A DNA stretch of 64,000 nt from Eledone cirrhosa (lineage: Eukaryota). Shown piece after piece: positions 40,471-53,904 of this stretch. The notes under the pieces are model-generated. The model searched no databases and was not told the DNA's origin. It saw only the letters and a program-made list of their open reading frames with translations. A program made the position numbers and the translations under genes. Every line of letters starts with the position of its first letter. Positions within the stretch are counted from its first letter, which is position 1. Where the stretch lies: assembly GCA_964016885.1 (NCBI GenBank), contig OZ024741.1, positions 369,458,001-369,522,000 on the forward strand, in the 5' to 3' direction.

Positions 40471-43400
40471 CTAAGGCGGGTAAAATTCCCGAGATCCATG
40501 GACGAGTTCTCTCCAGCGGTCTCTGTCCCTCATTATCGCTGCCATATCCTGCATCTCCAACAGACCAGTGTCTGTCCTTAGGGCATCAACATATGTTAAC
40601 CTTGGTCTTCCCCTTCTAGTGTGTCCATGTAGGGGCTCCCAATGGAGCAATGAGTGCAATGTCAACTCTGGAGGTCGGTGAGCATGTCCAGCCAACCTAA
40701 GTCTCCTCTGTGTCACTTTTGAGCTGACTTTTGGGATGCTCCCATACAGCTCTGAGTTTTTCATCCTCAGTGTATACTGATTAATGTTCAGAGCCATCCT
40801 CAGCATTCTCGTGTAGCACCCATCCACCATCTGAGTGAGTTTCTTGGTCAGTGTCCAAGTCCCAGACCCATACAGCAGCACAGACTCAACTACAGTAATG
40901 AATAGGCGGATTTTCAGGTCTCTACGAAGGTCCGACTTCCACACCGATCTCAAGCTGTGGCACGCCACCCAGGCCTTGCTCTTCCTCTCAACCACATCAT
41001 CTTCCGTATTCCCAATCTTTGCTCCCAAATACAGGAAGTCCTCAACCAATTCCAGCGGCTTCCCGCCTACATTAGTGATCCCCTCTGGCTTCTCAACATT
41101 CTCTACCAGATATTTTGTTTTAGTCTCATTCATTCTCAGCTCCACACTCATCGACACAGTCTCAACCTCCCGCATCAAATCCTCTGCCTCCTCCACTGTA
41201 TTTGTCACCAAAACTGTGTCGTCGGCAAATTCAGCATCCGATACCTTTTTCGCCCTAACTCTCCTGCTCTGAGCCGGTGCTACAGTAATGCCAGAGTCCT
41301 GGTGTTTCTCAAGTGCAAGGCGCATACAATAGTCCACTACGATGATAAAAAGGTAGGGAGCCAATCTATCTCCCTGGAGCACTCCAGCCAGTATCTCAAA
41401 GAACTCTGTCATCCCATCAGGTTTAATGACTTTGGCTTTGGTGTTGGTGTAGAGCAGTGATATCAGGTCCACTATCTTCTTGGGGATTCCATAAGCCTGT
41501 AAGATCTTCATCAGGCAGTGACGGTCCACAGAATCAAAGGCCTTCCTAAAGTCAATGAAAACCATGACCGCAGGAAGGCACTTTGCTCTAGCTCCCTCTA
41601 ATATCCTCCTCAGCATCAGGATGTGACTGGTGGTTGATCTACCATCTCTGAAGCCGTTCTGGTTGTCCCTGAGCTTCTTCTCCATCTCAGGCTGGATCCT
41701 GTTAAGAATCATCCTGTTGAGGGTCTTTGCCACAAGTGACGTCAGTGAGATCCCCCTGTAGTTGTTGGTGTTAGAGAGATCTCCTTTCTTTGGCACTTGG
41801 ACGATGTTACTGATCCTCCACTGATTCGGGGCAACTCCTTTCTCCAGTGCCCCGTTACAGAACCCCAGGATGATATCATCAAAATCCCACCTCTTCATCA
41901 CCTCTGATGCCACTCCATCTTCTCCATGAGCCTTGCCCTCCTTGATCTTCTTCTTGGCTCTCTGAAGCTCCTCTCTGGTGAAGGGCTCTGTCTCAATATC
42001 CATTTCCTCAAACGGCCGCCTGATCTCCCCAGTGCTCTGGGCTGTGGAGGGTGGCTCTCCTAGTAGGGTCCTAAAATGGTCTAGCCATTTCCTCTTTCTA
42101 TCCTCGGGCCCCGTTCCCTGGATCTGACTCGAACACCTTCTCTTCCTCCCTGTGATCTCGCTGATGATCATCCAGCTCTCCTTACATCCAGATCCGTCAA
42201 CCGCTCTCTCCACACTTCTGATCTTCTCTATCAGTGCCTCCTCTCTGACCTCACTGTAAGCGGTACAGAGCTCTTCCCTCATCACCTCCACAGACTCCAT
42301 CCTCTCCTCCATAGGATCAGCATAGAATTGGTCCCTGGCAGCTTTCAGGTGTTCTCTGGCTGCACACACTTTTGGGTTTGCAGAGCTGACGTGCTTCCCT
42401 TTGTTCTTTTTCCTCGGCACCAGGGTCTCACTTGCTTCCGCCACTACATTGGTGAAGTGCCCGTACCTCCTCGTCACACTCTCCTCAGTCCATCCAATCT
42501 CTCTCTCATCTGACTCTCCCCACAGAGCACTAAACCTGTTTCTCACTTCCACTGTGAACCTCTCTTGTAGCTTATCATCTTCCTTGAAAGCTCCCCAGTC
42601 ATAGATTGTTCTCCGGGGCTGAGCCTTGCTCTTTCTTAAGCTCACGCGGCCCTCAATCATAACAAGCCGGTGGTCACTACCCAGTGTACTGAAATAGCTG
42701 TATGGTTCCGTGTTCAGAACACTATTCCGCCACTTTTTCCTCACCAGAATGAAATCAATCTGGGACTTGGACAGGTGCATATCTGAGATGTAGGTCCACA
42801 TCTTCCCCAGATTCTTCCTAAACCTTAGGTTGGTCACCATCAAGTTCGCCTCCAGCAGGGTGTCTCTCAGTAGTCTTCCATTTCGGTTGGTGTTGTTATG
42901 GAAGTACCAGCAAGGATCTTCACTGCCCTCCTTACTCAGATGTGCATTGATGTCCCCCAAAACAAGCAGGATATTGTGTGCCTGAGTGGTGTTGACAGCT
43001 CCACACACCTCCTCATGGAACTCTTCCGCATTAACATCACTGTCCCCCTCGGTTGGACTATAGGCTGAGATGACTCTCAGTCTTGGGTTTCCATTGAAGG
43101 TCACCCTCAACACTCGCGGGGAGATAGGCATTATTTCCCTCACCAACAGATTGGTTTTTGCACTGAACACAAAACCCACTCCTCCTACTGCAGCATTTGT
43201 TGTGTTCTTCACTGTCGATGTAGTGATGAGCTGGCTCTTCCTCCCGATCATCACACTCCTCACGGGCTCATCGTGTAGAATCCTGTGTTCTTGGATCGCA
43301 AGTATCTGTATACCACTCTCCTCGAACAGATGTCCCAACTCCTCTCTCTTCTCCAGCGTCCGAATAGTCCTCACATTCAAAGTGCCCATTTTGATGGCTC

Positions 43401-43605
43401 TTCTGCAGGACAAAACTGCATTCTTTATATTTGTCTCAGAGACAGCTGATCCATCATCCACTGGCCCTCTCTGTGGCTCTAAGCCAGCAGAGTCATAACG
43501 ACCAGGCTGCTCTTTGACAGTGTAATTAGGGGCTCTAACCCTAGTGCTGTTAGATCGACTCTCCATATTTCTTTTCAATGGCTGACAATACCTTACCGGC
43601 GCCAC
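40471..43605 (-). CDS. APE endonuclease-reverse transcriptase, 1044 aa, uninterrupted
   Basis: APE and RT motifs all in one frame; GTG start call, with ATG 13 codons later. Confidence 0.95.
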   Translation of the reverse strand: MAPVRYCQPLKRNMESRSNSTRVRAPNYTVKEQPGRYDSAGLEPQRGPVDDGSAVSETNIKNAVLSCRRAIKMGTLNVRTIRTLEKREELGHLFEESGIQILAIQEHRILHDEPVRSVMIGRKSQLITTSTVKNTTNAAVGGVGFVFSAKTNLLVREIMPISPRVLRVTFNGNPRLRVISAYSPTEGDSDVNAEEFHEEVCGAVNTTQAHNILLVLGDINAHLSKEGSEDPCWYFHNNTNRNGRLLRDTLLEANLMVTNLRFRKNLGKMWTYISDMHLSKSQIDFILVRKKWRNSVLNTEPYSYFSTLGSDHRLVMIEGRVSLRKSKAQPRRTIYDWGAFKEDDKLQERFTVEVRNRFSALWGESDEREIGWTEESVTRRYGHFTNVVAEASETLVPRKKNKGKHVSSANPKVCAAREHLKAARDQFYADPMEERMESVEVMREELCTAYSEVREEALIEKIRSVERAVDGSGCKESWMIISEITGRKRRCSSQIQGTGPEDRKRKWLDHFRTLLGEPPSTAQSTGEIRRPFEEMDIETEPFTREELQRAKKKIKEGKAHGEDGVASEVMKRWDFDDIILGFCNGALEKGVAPNQWRISNIVQVPKKGDLSNTNNYRGISLTSLVAKTLNRMILNRIQPEMEKKLRDNQNGFRDGRSTTSHILMLRRILEGARAKCLPAVMVFIDFRKAFDSVDRHCLMKILQAYGIPKKIVDLISLLYTNTKAKVIKPDGMTEFFEILAGVLQGDRLAPYLFIIVVDYCMRLALEKHQDSGITVAPAQSRRVRAKKVSDAEFADDTVLVTNTVEEAEDLMREVETVSMSVELRMNETKTKYLVENVEKPEGITNVGGKPLELVEDFLYLGAKIGNTEDDVVERKSKAWVACHSLRSVWKSDLRRDLKIRLFITVVESVLLYGSGTWTLTKKLTQMVDGCYTRMLRMALNINQYTLRMKNSELYGSIPKVSSKVTQRRLRLAGHAHRPPELTLHSLLHWEPLHGHTRRGRPRLTYVDALRTDTGLLEMQDMAAIMRDRDRWRELVHGSREFYPP

Positions 43606-43780
43606 TCGAATAAGGTAGTTATTTAACCCATAAATGGAGCCCTAACAGGTACTACCACCCCGGGCCAGGGCAGACCTGTGAGTCATGACAAATAAGGGGT
43701 AACTCCACATTCCCCACAACTCCTGAACTCCCGAACTGGAGCCTTGCCACTGGATGTAGTTTAATGTCATGGGTATGACA
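40471..43780 (-). mobile_element. RTE family B, full-length
   Basis: Intact ORF plus about 170-nt 5' UTR shared with 9165-9333. Confidence 0.97.
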
Positions 43781-43803
43781 TATATATATGTATATATATG
43801 TAT

Positions 43804-45580
43804 AGTATTAAGGATACTATTTATGGTTGTGTATATACTAAAACCTTTTATAGTTATATATATTCTAAACCCTAAATAGTTAAAGACAGTAATTTATTAC
43901 TACCTTATTACCAGTAAGATAAATAGCTCAATGTAATAACATCAGTTGTTCTACAGAGCAGTTATATAGAAATTACAGGAATCAAAGTTCTGTTTAAATC
44001 ATTTATTTGCTTACAATTGTTTCTTCCAAACCGAGGTTTGGAATCTTCGGAGCAATTTTTCAATGATTTTTTACATCCTTGACCTCCTTTCCAACACAAG
44101 AGACATATAGAAACATATGTATATATTGATGCACAGTGGGTTGACAGCCATTATAATAATATAGCATGGCAATATACATACAAAGATTAAAGACATATTA
44201 AAGGACAAAATTAAAGTTAAAATACAACATTGGCAGTTTACGAAGATAAAGCAAGAGGATAGTTTGAAGTAGTTAGTGTATGCAATAGTTACACGTGGGG
44301 CATGCACGTGTGTCTTATTTATATAAGATTATAGTGCGGTAGGGTGTTACATGTAATATAAGCAGTTTAAGCAGGCAATCAAGAGTATTATGGGGGTTGT
44401 ATTGGTAAAGTATTTTTTGATATATATATGTATGATATAGAAGCCTGTGTGTAGAGAGATATCAAAAATATTAAAAGCATTAAAAGTGAGAAGCAAAACA
44501 ACGCCACGGTCCTCGCTTACACCACCATTTTCACAATCCAGGAAACGCAATTTATAGATTATATGTCCCTTACACAATCGACGATGATTCAACAATGGAT
44601 GCTTGAAGAACCATGTTATAACACTATGCTTGTTGTTCTCTAAATCAATTCTATAGAGCAGGTTGTTTTTGTTGCGAAAATTGACATCGTATTATTTTCC
44701 GGAAGTGTGTGTGTGTGATTAAGGGGAGTTAATGCGTAAGGGGAGGTAACTAGCTGATTTCTATAACTAAATTTATTATCCTAATGTACATTAAATGGTG
44801 TCTCAAATGAGTCCCTATCATATAAGGTTATAAACAGTTTCTAAATTTAAGTATCCTATCTTTAAATTACAGTCTAGTCTATCAAGAAGTACTAAAGGTG
44901 TTCATATTAGGATGATTACCTTCTATCATAGAGTGCCACAACTGAATATTCTACATGAAGCGTCAGAATCCCAAATCAGTGATCTTTGTAAGTGTAGTCT
45001 ATCCGCAGAACCTGGCAGGGTTTATTAGAATCACTTCTATATATAACTCCTGGTAAGCTCTGGGTCAGTGCATATCTGATTGCATGGCAAAGTTAAATAT
45101 CACTAGGGTAGACCAGAGATCAATTCTCACTTACAATGACACTAATCTTACCATCAAGTCATACATGTATGTATAACTCATACATCACTTGTACATAATT
45201 CATTGCACTCAGCATATAGGTTATATAACTTATAAAACTTCTCTTTGAGTCTATGGTTATAATAAATTGATCTTTCGATTTTATTGTTGAGTAACTTATT
45301 CTTCGAACTTAAGATGTGGAACAGCTCAAGGTCGCATAATCGACAGCTTCTCATACCACTCCGATATGGGGGCGCGTTCGATAGTTTTTTCCACTTCAGG
45401 GTGTATTGATGGTTACTTTCCCTCAGTTGCCAGGTCTTGTTTGCAAGGGTAGTTACATAACGGTGCTGGGAATGTTTCATTGCGTAACGGTGAGTATACC
45501 AACGGGCTTTAAATGTATTCCCAGTCCCTCCGATGTAATACCATTTCTGGTTGTCTGATTCCACTATGCATTGGTAAATA
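43804..45580 (-). mobile_element. PLE 3' fragment (Nematis-like GIY-YIG plus long 3' UTR with HHR)
   Basis: 45178-45580: YQC..YYIGGT..FKARWYTH..TTLA...W.L..W..CRLCDLE..LLN. Confidence 0.82.
44007..44055 (-). ncRNA. Hammerhead ribozyme (U4>C)
   Basis: TTGCT-CCGAAGA-TTCCAAAC.ctcg.GTTTGGAA-GAAAC-AATT-GTA^-AGCAA, then AATAAA. Confidence 0.8.
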
Positions 45581-46265
45581 GGCCTTGTACCCTCTTGTAA
45601 CTAAACCCTTTTAATTACCCACAAAACCTATACATATATCCCCCTCTTCTCCCTCATTCCTCTTCTATTTCTTCGTTTTCTTCCTTCCTTCCCTCCCCTT
45701 CTTGGCTATCTTTTCTGTTCTTCTTTCTCATCCCCTTCTTTGCTTTTATTTTTGTCATTATTATCTTTATCTTTATTTTTTATATATATATATATTTATC
45801 TCTTTATATCTCCCTCCTCTCTCTCTCCCTCTCTATCCATCTCCCCCACTATGATCAACTTAATTCTCTTTAACTCACTACATTCCAGAACATGAAGTCT
45901 GCTATCAAAACTGATCAAAGAATCCTTCCACCTCTACCCCTCCCTCCATCTCAGTTTGTCATTCTACTTCCTACCTCTTGCCCCCTTCCTCTCTCTCAAC
46001 ACTATTCCGTTTGTCCCCTCACGTTCTGATTCCTCTCTCTCGTACTAGTAAATACAATTCCAAATAAATGGTTTTCTCTATATATTAAGAATTATTTCAA
46101 GAGTAACTCACTATTTTGAAAATTTGGACTGTGAACAACAATTATAATTGAGTGGCTGCTATTTGCAGTATAGCAATATAAGGTTGCACTTACCAATGAA
46201 ACGGTCGTAAATACCTGCATAAAATCCTTCTCTTAATGCTTACCTGTGTTTTCTCTTTTATACTG
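45581..46265 (+). mobile_element. Pyrimidine-rich pLTR-like segment with partial HHR motif
   Basis: GAAAC-GGTC-GTA near 46198-46209; no clear CUGANGA. Confidence 0.4.
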
Positions 46266-46271
46266 TATATA

Positions 46272-46352
<81 letters not shown>

Positions 46353-46444
46353 GTATATATATATATATGTATGTATATATATATGTATATAGGTATATGT
46401 ATATATATATATATATATGTATATGTATATATATGTATATATAA

Positions 46445-46476
<32 letters not shown>

Positions 46477-46520
46477 GTATATATATATACGATATTAATA
46501 AATATTTATAAAACCATATT

Positions 46521-46585
46521 TATTTCATTATATATATTTCAAGGATACCAAGTTAAATCATGGTATGCCTTCATCAGACAAAATA
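46521..46585 (-). ncRNA. Type I hammerhead with (AU)4 stem III, in fragment 46489-46668
   Basis: TATTTTGT-CTGATGA-AGGcATACCA..TGGTATCCTt-GAAA-TATATATA^-ATGAAATA. Confidence 0.8.
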
Positions 46586-46689
46586 CAATATATAACAGTT
46601 TTATAAAATAGACATTGACGTACCCTTTTAAAAAGTGACCGTTGCTTTTGGGGGGCATCAGGATAGTTATATATGTATATATATATCAT

Positions 46690-49600
46690 ATACGTGCTAC
46701 CGTCTCTCTATCATAATACGTCCCTCTCTCTCACTCCCTACTCGCACCAAATATAAATAAACCTGTCACGAGGGACAAATCTCAGAATTTGTCAACTCTT
46801 ATTAATGGTCAGTCCACTTCTACGGACTTCTACGAAATGTAATGTAAAAATACCATTTTCTCCTTTTCTCCCCACCCTTCGGTTCATTCATCCATATATC
46901 TGTATAATCGCCCAGAATCCAAATCCTACTTCTTAATTACTATTCTATAATTCTGTCTGACTGTTCTAAATAATCTTCTCCATGCTTGTTCTAAATAATC
47001 TTCTCTTCGCTAACCACCCGCCACCACTCTCTACCTTTCTTATTTGGACCAATCACATGTCAACGGCCTATGCTATCACTTCTGGTTGCTTTTCGATATG
47101 ATGGATGGCTAAGGAATTTCTGGAGAGCCTGAAGAATCTGTACACTCGAAGACAATCCCAAAGATAACGACATATTCACCTCATGCTGCCGGACGAAAGG
47201 GCAAGGCTCCCTCCTCTTTGTTGCGGCCGCGGATGGCCAACATAACCCCATCCCCCTCACCTTTCCCTGCGCCTCACCCACCAAAAGCAATCCAAAACTT
47301 CAGAGTTGGTACCATGAATGTAGGCACCTTAAAAGGCCGCTCTAACGAGGTTGTAGAAATGCTTGAACGTAAGGAGGTTGATGTTTGCTGTATCCAAGAG
47401 ACCAGGTGGAGGGGCGGGTCTGCTAGATTCATTGTGGGTAAAAAACGTTGCTATAAGCTTTTCTGGGTGGGAAATGACATTGGGCTGGGTGGAGTAGGAA
47501 TCATGTTAGCAGAAAAATGGGTGGATAAGATAATAGACGTAAATAGAGTGAATGACAATAATTAAAATAAGACTTGTTCTAAATAGAACTACTGTGACAG
47601 TAATATCTGCGTACGCGCCCCAATCCGGACTGCCTGGCGCTATAAAAGACAGTTTCTATGAGACACTGATGCTCACTACCTCCCAAATAACCGACAGTGA
47701 CTATATAATTATTGCTGGCGACCTAAATGGTCACGTTGGACAACATTGTGACGGCTATGACGGAATCCACGGAGGCTATGGGTTTGGTACTAGAAATGAG
47801 GAAGGCTCCAGAATCCTGGAATTCTGTGACGCAAATAACCTAACTATCTGTAACACTAACTTCAAAAAACGAGACAATCACTTGATCACCTACAGATCAG
47901 GGGAACATACCAGCCAGGTAGATTATATCCTTACCAGAAGACGTGACAGAGTGTCTGTTGTAAACACTAAATCCCTCCCCCATGAAGAATGCACCTCCCA
48001 ATATAGACTGATAATTAGCGACCTCATAGTCAAAACGAGACGTACTCGACAGCAGAAGAAGACTATCCTCAGGAGAAAAATATGGAAGCTAAAGGACCCC
48101 ACAGCCAGAAATAAATTTAAAAGCATATTACTTGATGATTTCGACAGTAAGGAAGAGCATTTAGAGTCGTACAATATAGAGGAACAGTGGGAATTCCTGA
48201 AAGCAAACCTTCTGATGGCGGCAGACGAAGTCTGTGGCTGGAGCAGGTCTATAGGCAGGAGGAGAGTAACATGGTGGTAGAACAGTAAGGTGGAGGAGTC
48301 AATTAAGGCCAAAAAGCAGGCTTGAAAAGTATGGCGGGATGGGGGAAGCTAGGAGACAAGTGTACTTCGCAAGAAGGGAAGCAGAGGAAAGAAAGTTCAA
48401 GCATTTTCTACAACGCGAGGACCAAAAACGTGAGGTGTTCAGGATTGCTAGGCAATGTGTCAAGGAAAACCGTGATATTGTCGGGGAGAAGTGTGTCTTT
48501 AATGATGACGCTGATAAGAAGGTAGCCTGGAAGTGTCACTACGAAAGGCTACTAAATGAGGAGAATAAATGGGAGAAAGACAGTCTCCCCCACATCGACC
48601 CAATAGAGGGACCAGCAGTGTTAGTCGAAGGTAGTATAATAAGTAAGGCAATCAAAGATATGAAGACGGGTAAGGCGGCTGGGCCTTTGGAAATAGTTGC
48701 TGATATGCTGAAAGCTTCTGGAACGGTGGGACACACCATGGTCACCCGGATAGTAAACCAAGTCATACAGAATGGGGTTGTTCCGAAGGACTGGCGTAGC
48801 ATCATCATCATTAACTGCTACAAGGGTAAAGGAGATGCCCCAGATAGGAGTAACTATAGAGGCATTAAATTAATCGACCAGGTCATGAAGGTCACAGAAA
48901 AAGTAACAGCGCAACTAATCAGAGAGAGAATTGATCTAGATGAAATGCAGTTCAGGTTTGTGTCAGGAAAAAGTACCACAGACGCTCTTTTCATTGTACG
49001 ACAACTACAGGAGAAGTACCTAGCTAAAAGTAAACCCCTATACTTAGCTTTTGTCGACTTGGAGAACTCCTATACGCAGATGATCTAACGCTCATAGCTA
49101 AATCAATGGCCGAACTAGAGAAGAAATTCCAAACATGGAAGCATGGCCTAGAAACAAAAGGCCTTAAAATTAACCTGTCTAAGTCTAAAGTTCTAGTTTG
49201 TAGGAAGGAAAACAGGGCGCCGGTCCCATCCGGGAAGTGGCCATGCTCAGTGTGTAGGAAAGGAGTAGGTAGAAACTCCATTTTATGTCCCAAATGCAAA
49301 GTATGGGTGCACAGGTAAGCTAACTTAGAACATAGATTTTATATGTGGCCGGTGCTCTGGTGCAATAAGTTGCAGCAAGTGCCCACAGAATACTAGCTCA
49401 TTCCATTGCACAGATGGTTCTATAGAAATAGTGGATAGCTTCCGTTACCTGGGTGACAAAATCAGCAGTGGTGGAGAACTCAGAAAGTACAGTAGCTAGA
49501 GTCAGAACTGGATGGAAAAAGTTCAGAGAGCTTATACCCCTATTAGCCGCTAAAGGGTTCTCCCTAAAAATGAAAGGCAGGCTGTATGATGCCTGCATAC

Positions 49601-50394
49601 GAACAGAAATGTTGCATGGCAGTGAGACCTGGGCATTGTGTGCAGATGATATACGCAGACTGGAGAGGAACGAAGCTTGCATGCTCCGCTGGATGTGTAA
49701 TAGTAATATATGTGAACGGCAAAGCATAAACGAACTAAGGGAAAAATTAGAAATAAGAGGGATCAGATGTTGTTTACTCGAGAGAAGGCTACGTTGGTAT
49801 GGTCACGTTATGCGCATGAAAGACGACAGCTGTATAAAAAAGTGCAGGGCAATAAAGATAGACGGTAGCCACGGAGAAGGCAGACCCAGAAAAGCCTGGG
49901 ACGACTTAATAAATTCCGACCTCACACACACCTCTCCAACACAATGTCACTAGACCGAGATCTTTGGCGCTACACAGTAATACAGAAGACCCGCCTTACC
50001 TAAGTACAAAGTGAAACCTAATACAGTCAGTAGGCACCTCCAACAAAATACACCCCCCCGTCCCACAACCCCCACCCCATCCACACCACCCCTTTCAATG
50101 TAAAGTTATGTTGGTACCACAACATCCAGCCCGAAACAAATAAGGTCGTGTAGGTGTCACGACAAAAAAACACACAGTCCACGCTGTAATGTGGCCGTGT
50201 AGGTAACACTGTAAAAACCTCCCAGCCCCACACTGTCAATGTGGTTGGTGTTAGGAAGGGCATCCAGTCGTAGAAAACCCGCCAGACAGTCCTATGCAAG
50301 CAAGACAACCACTCTTGCCTCAAGTGGGAAAACTCCCGTCCAAACCCATGCAAGCGTGGAATATGGACGTTAAACGATGATAATGATGATGATG

Positions 50395-50400
<6 letters not shown>
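46690..50400 (+). mobile_element. RTE family A2, near full-length, RT core deleted
   Basis: APE 47218-48280; at about 49065 FVDLE is joined to ELLYADDL; (GAT)n tail. Confidence 0.93.
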
Positions 50401-50443
<43 letters not shown>

Positions 50444-50494
50444 ATATATGTATATATATGTATATATGTATATATGTATATATGTATATATATG

Positions 50495-50527
<33 letters not shown>

Positions 50528-50771
50528 GTATAATATATTTAGAAACACACAGATACATGCGGACACACACATATATACATGAATGCATCCGCACCCAACT
50601 GTGAGTTAAGGGTGCCGACTTCACCGATGTTGCTCAATGAATGACTGGGACAGACCAATTCAGTTGAACTAGACTGAACCAGTATCAGAGTTAAAAATAC
50701 ATTATGAAGAGAGAAGAAACATTTAGATATAATTAGTAATAAAATGTATCATACCTAAACTGCTCCTAAAT

Positions 50772-50859
50772 TCCTCGACTACGTAGTTTCGTGGCATAAA
50801 CAAAAACAATATATCAAAGATATAGAGTCCTTGCGAGGTCTGCCGACTTATCAAGAGGA
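50772..50859 (-). ncRNA. Hammerhead, U3-A8 variant
   Basis: TCCTC-TTGATAA-GTcGGCA..TGCCAC-GAAAC-TACGTA-GTC^-GAGGA. Confidence 0.82.
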
Positions 50860-51361
50860 TACCTCATTTTACTAGTCTCAAGAACGCGTCTACACGACGT
50901 GAGAAAGAATCCCAAAAGGCGGAGGGGGAGATAGTCACGCGATATAACGGTCGAGAAACAGAGCTAAGCCTCCTATAACCACGAAGAAAATACCACGGAG
51001 GCGGAGGGGGTATTCATATCGAGGCCGTAGAAGAGGTAGTGAAGAAGGCGAGAAGTATGAGTAATGGAAGCTTTCCAGTTGTCCCCACACTTCAAAGATT
51101 GCTCGACCAGAGGGAGTTATTAATATATTTAGAAACACACAGATACATGCGGACACACACATATATACATGAATGCATCCGCACCCAACTGTGAGTTAAG
51201 GGTGCCGACTTCACCGATGTTGCTCAATGAATGACTGGGACAGACCAATTCAGTTGAACTAGACTGAACCAGTATCAGAGTTAAAAATACATTATGAAGA
51301 GAGAAGAAACATTTAGATATAATTAGTAATAAAATGTATCATACCTAAACTGCTCCTAAAT

Positions 51362-51449
51362 TCCTCGACTACGTAGTTTCGTGGCATAAACAAAAACAAT
51401 ATATCAAAGATATAGAGTCCTTGCGAGGTCTGCCGACTTATCAAGAGGA
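51362..51449 (-). ncRNA. Hammerhead, U3-A8 variant, second unit
   Basis: Same sequence, +590 bp. Confidence 0.82.
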
Positions 51450-51992
51450 TACCTCATTTTACTAGTCTCAAGAACGCGTCTACACGACGTGAGAAAGAAT
51501 CCCAAAAGGCGGAGGGGGAGATAGTCACGCGATATAACGGTCGAGAAACAGAGCTAAGCCTCCTATAACCACGAAGAAAATACCACGGAGGCGGAGGGGG
51601 TATTCATATCGAGGCCGTAGAAGAGGTAGTGAAGAAGGCGAGAAGTATGAGTAATGGAAGCTTTCCAGTTGTCCCCACACTTCATATATATATGTATATG
51701 TATATATATGTATGTATATGTATGTATGTATGTATATGTATATATATGTATGTATATGTATGTATCTATATGTATGTATGTATATATATGTATATGTATA
51801 TATATATATGTATATATGTATATGTATATATATATATGTATATAGATTTTGAGTTTATGTTGGTTGTATACCAACACCTCAGTATGCAGGCTGGAGCACT
51901 CGACGAAGTGCGCAGGTTGGTTTGGTTACTCCGGAGTAGTGTAAAATAAAGTTAAATAAAAGTCAAATGATTAAAATTTAGCTTCGTTTATT

Positions 51993-52047
51993 ACTGCTAT
52001 ATATATTTCAGTGACAGCCATCTTTGGCTGTGACCTCTTCAGGCAGT
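51993..52047 (-). ncRNA. Type I hammerhead ribozyme
   Basis: Mirror of 52267-52321. Confidence 0.85.
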
Positions 52048-52266
52048 TTGAATTAGTATGGTATAGACAAGTACATATGTTGTTTAGGTGTATGATATTG
52101 TCAATACTCTGATATGCCCAGTTCCTTGTTGGGTTGTTAATTCACTGGGGAATGACTCCAGTTCCCCAGTGAATTAACAACCCAACAAGGAACTGGGCAT
52201 ATCAGAGTATTGACAATATCATACACCTAAACAACATATGTACTTGTCTATACCATACTAATTCAA

Positions 52267-52321
52267 ACTGCCTGAAGAGGTCACAGCCAAAGATGGCTGT
52301 CACTGAAATATATATAGCAGT
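52267..52321 (+). ncRNA. Type I hammerhead with (AU)4 stem III
   Basis: ACTGC-CTGAAGA-ggtcACAGCCA.aaga.TGGCTGTcact-GAAA-TATATATA^-GCAGT-AATAAA. Confidence 0.85.
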
Positions 52322-52438
52322 AATAAACGAAGCTAAATTTTAATCATTTGACTTTTATTTAACTTTATTTTATATATGTATATATATATATATGTATAAG
52401 TATATATATATATGTATATATATGTATGTATATACATG

Positions 52439-52487
<49 letters not shown>

Positions 52488-52541
52488 GTATATATATGTA
52501 TATATATATACATATATATATATGTATATATATGTATGTAT

Positions 52542-52583
<42 letters not shown>

Positions 52584-52617
52584 GTATATATATATACATA
52601 TATATACATATATATAC

Positions 52618-52806
52618 ATTTGGGAGCCCCTACATGGACACACTAGAAGGGGAAGACCAAGGTTAACATATGTTGATGCCCTAAGGACAGACACTGGTCT
52701 GTTGGAGATGCAGGATATGGCAGCGATAATGAGGGACAGAGACCGCTGGAGAGAACTCGTCCATGGATCTCGGGAATTTCACCCGCCTTAGATAGATAGA
52801 TAGATA
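52618..52806 (+). mobile_element. RTE family B 3' fragment with (TAGA)n tail
   Basis: [14 protein letters not shown]...FHPP* followed by ATAGATAGATAGAT. Confidence 0.9.
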
Positions 52807-53090
52807 CATATGTATATATATATATGTACAATAATGAGAGTAGAGTAACCACGGAAGTATAGTGACTGCTTTCAAGCAAACACTATATACACTTCTAGTC
52901 AACCTTACCACCCCTCTGTAGCCTATGTATCATATCAATATCTCCCTCCGCCTTCTGAGATATTTTCACTGCTACAAGGGATTAATCCCCTTTCTTGACC
53001 GGTGTATCACGTGATAGAGTATCCCTCCGCCTTTCTGAGATTTTCTCGCATGCTACGGACGTATGTAGTTAGGGCTCTTCCCTGAGGTGC

Positions 53091-53181
53091 TCCCTTGATA
53101 AGCTGGCTTACCTCACAACAATGTTACATATCTATGATATAACATTCTTGCATAGTGACCAGCGAAACTGTACAGTCGGGA
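53091..53181 (+). ncRNA. Hammerhead, U3-A8 variant, in segment 52826-53230 related to the 590-bp repeat
   Basis: TCCC-TTGATAA-GCTGG..CCAGC-GAAAC-TGTACA-GTC^-GGGA; shares the duplicated CCCTCCGCCT motif. Confidence 0.85.
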
Positions 53182-53224
53182 CAAAGAAAAAATAGGTATA
53201 GTGTATCTATTATTCCTTTTTATA

Positions 53225-53327
<103 letters not shown>

Positions 53328-53644
53328 GTATATATATGTATATATATATATATATGTATATATATGTATATATATATATGTATATATATGTATATATATA
53401 TGTATATATATGTGTGTATATATATATATATGTATATATATATGTGTATATATATATGTATATATATATGTGTATATATATGTGTATATATGTGTATATA
53501 TATATGTGTATATATATGTGTGTATATATATATGTATATATATATGTATATATATATATGTATATACATATGTATATATATATGTATATATGTATATATA
53601 TATATGTATATATATATGTATATATATATATGTATATACATATG

Positions 53645-53679
<35 letters not shown>

Positions 53680-53904
53680 GTATATATATGTATATATATA
53701 TGTGTATATATATATATGTATATATATATATATGTATATATATATATGTATATATATATATGTATATATATATATGTATATATATATGTATATATATATA
53801 TGTATATATATATGTATATATATATATGTATATATGTATATATATATATGTATATATATATATGTATATATATATGTATATATATATATATATGAACCAG
53901 TAAG

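Larger units (their letters stand above)
50531..51684 (-). repeat. 590-bp non-coding tandem dimer, one HHR per unit (retrozyme/pLTR-like)
   Basis: 50531-51120 and 51121-51684 look identical by eye. Confidence 0.9.
51844..52372. mobile_element. Fold-back (211-bp arms, 9-nt loop) with an HHR in each arm; about 98-nt left extension
   Basis: 51942-52152 / 52162-52372. Confidence 0.9.
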
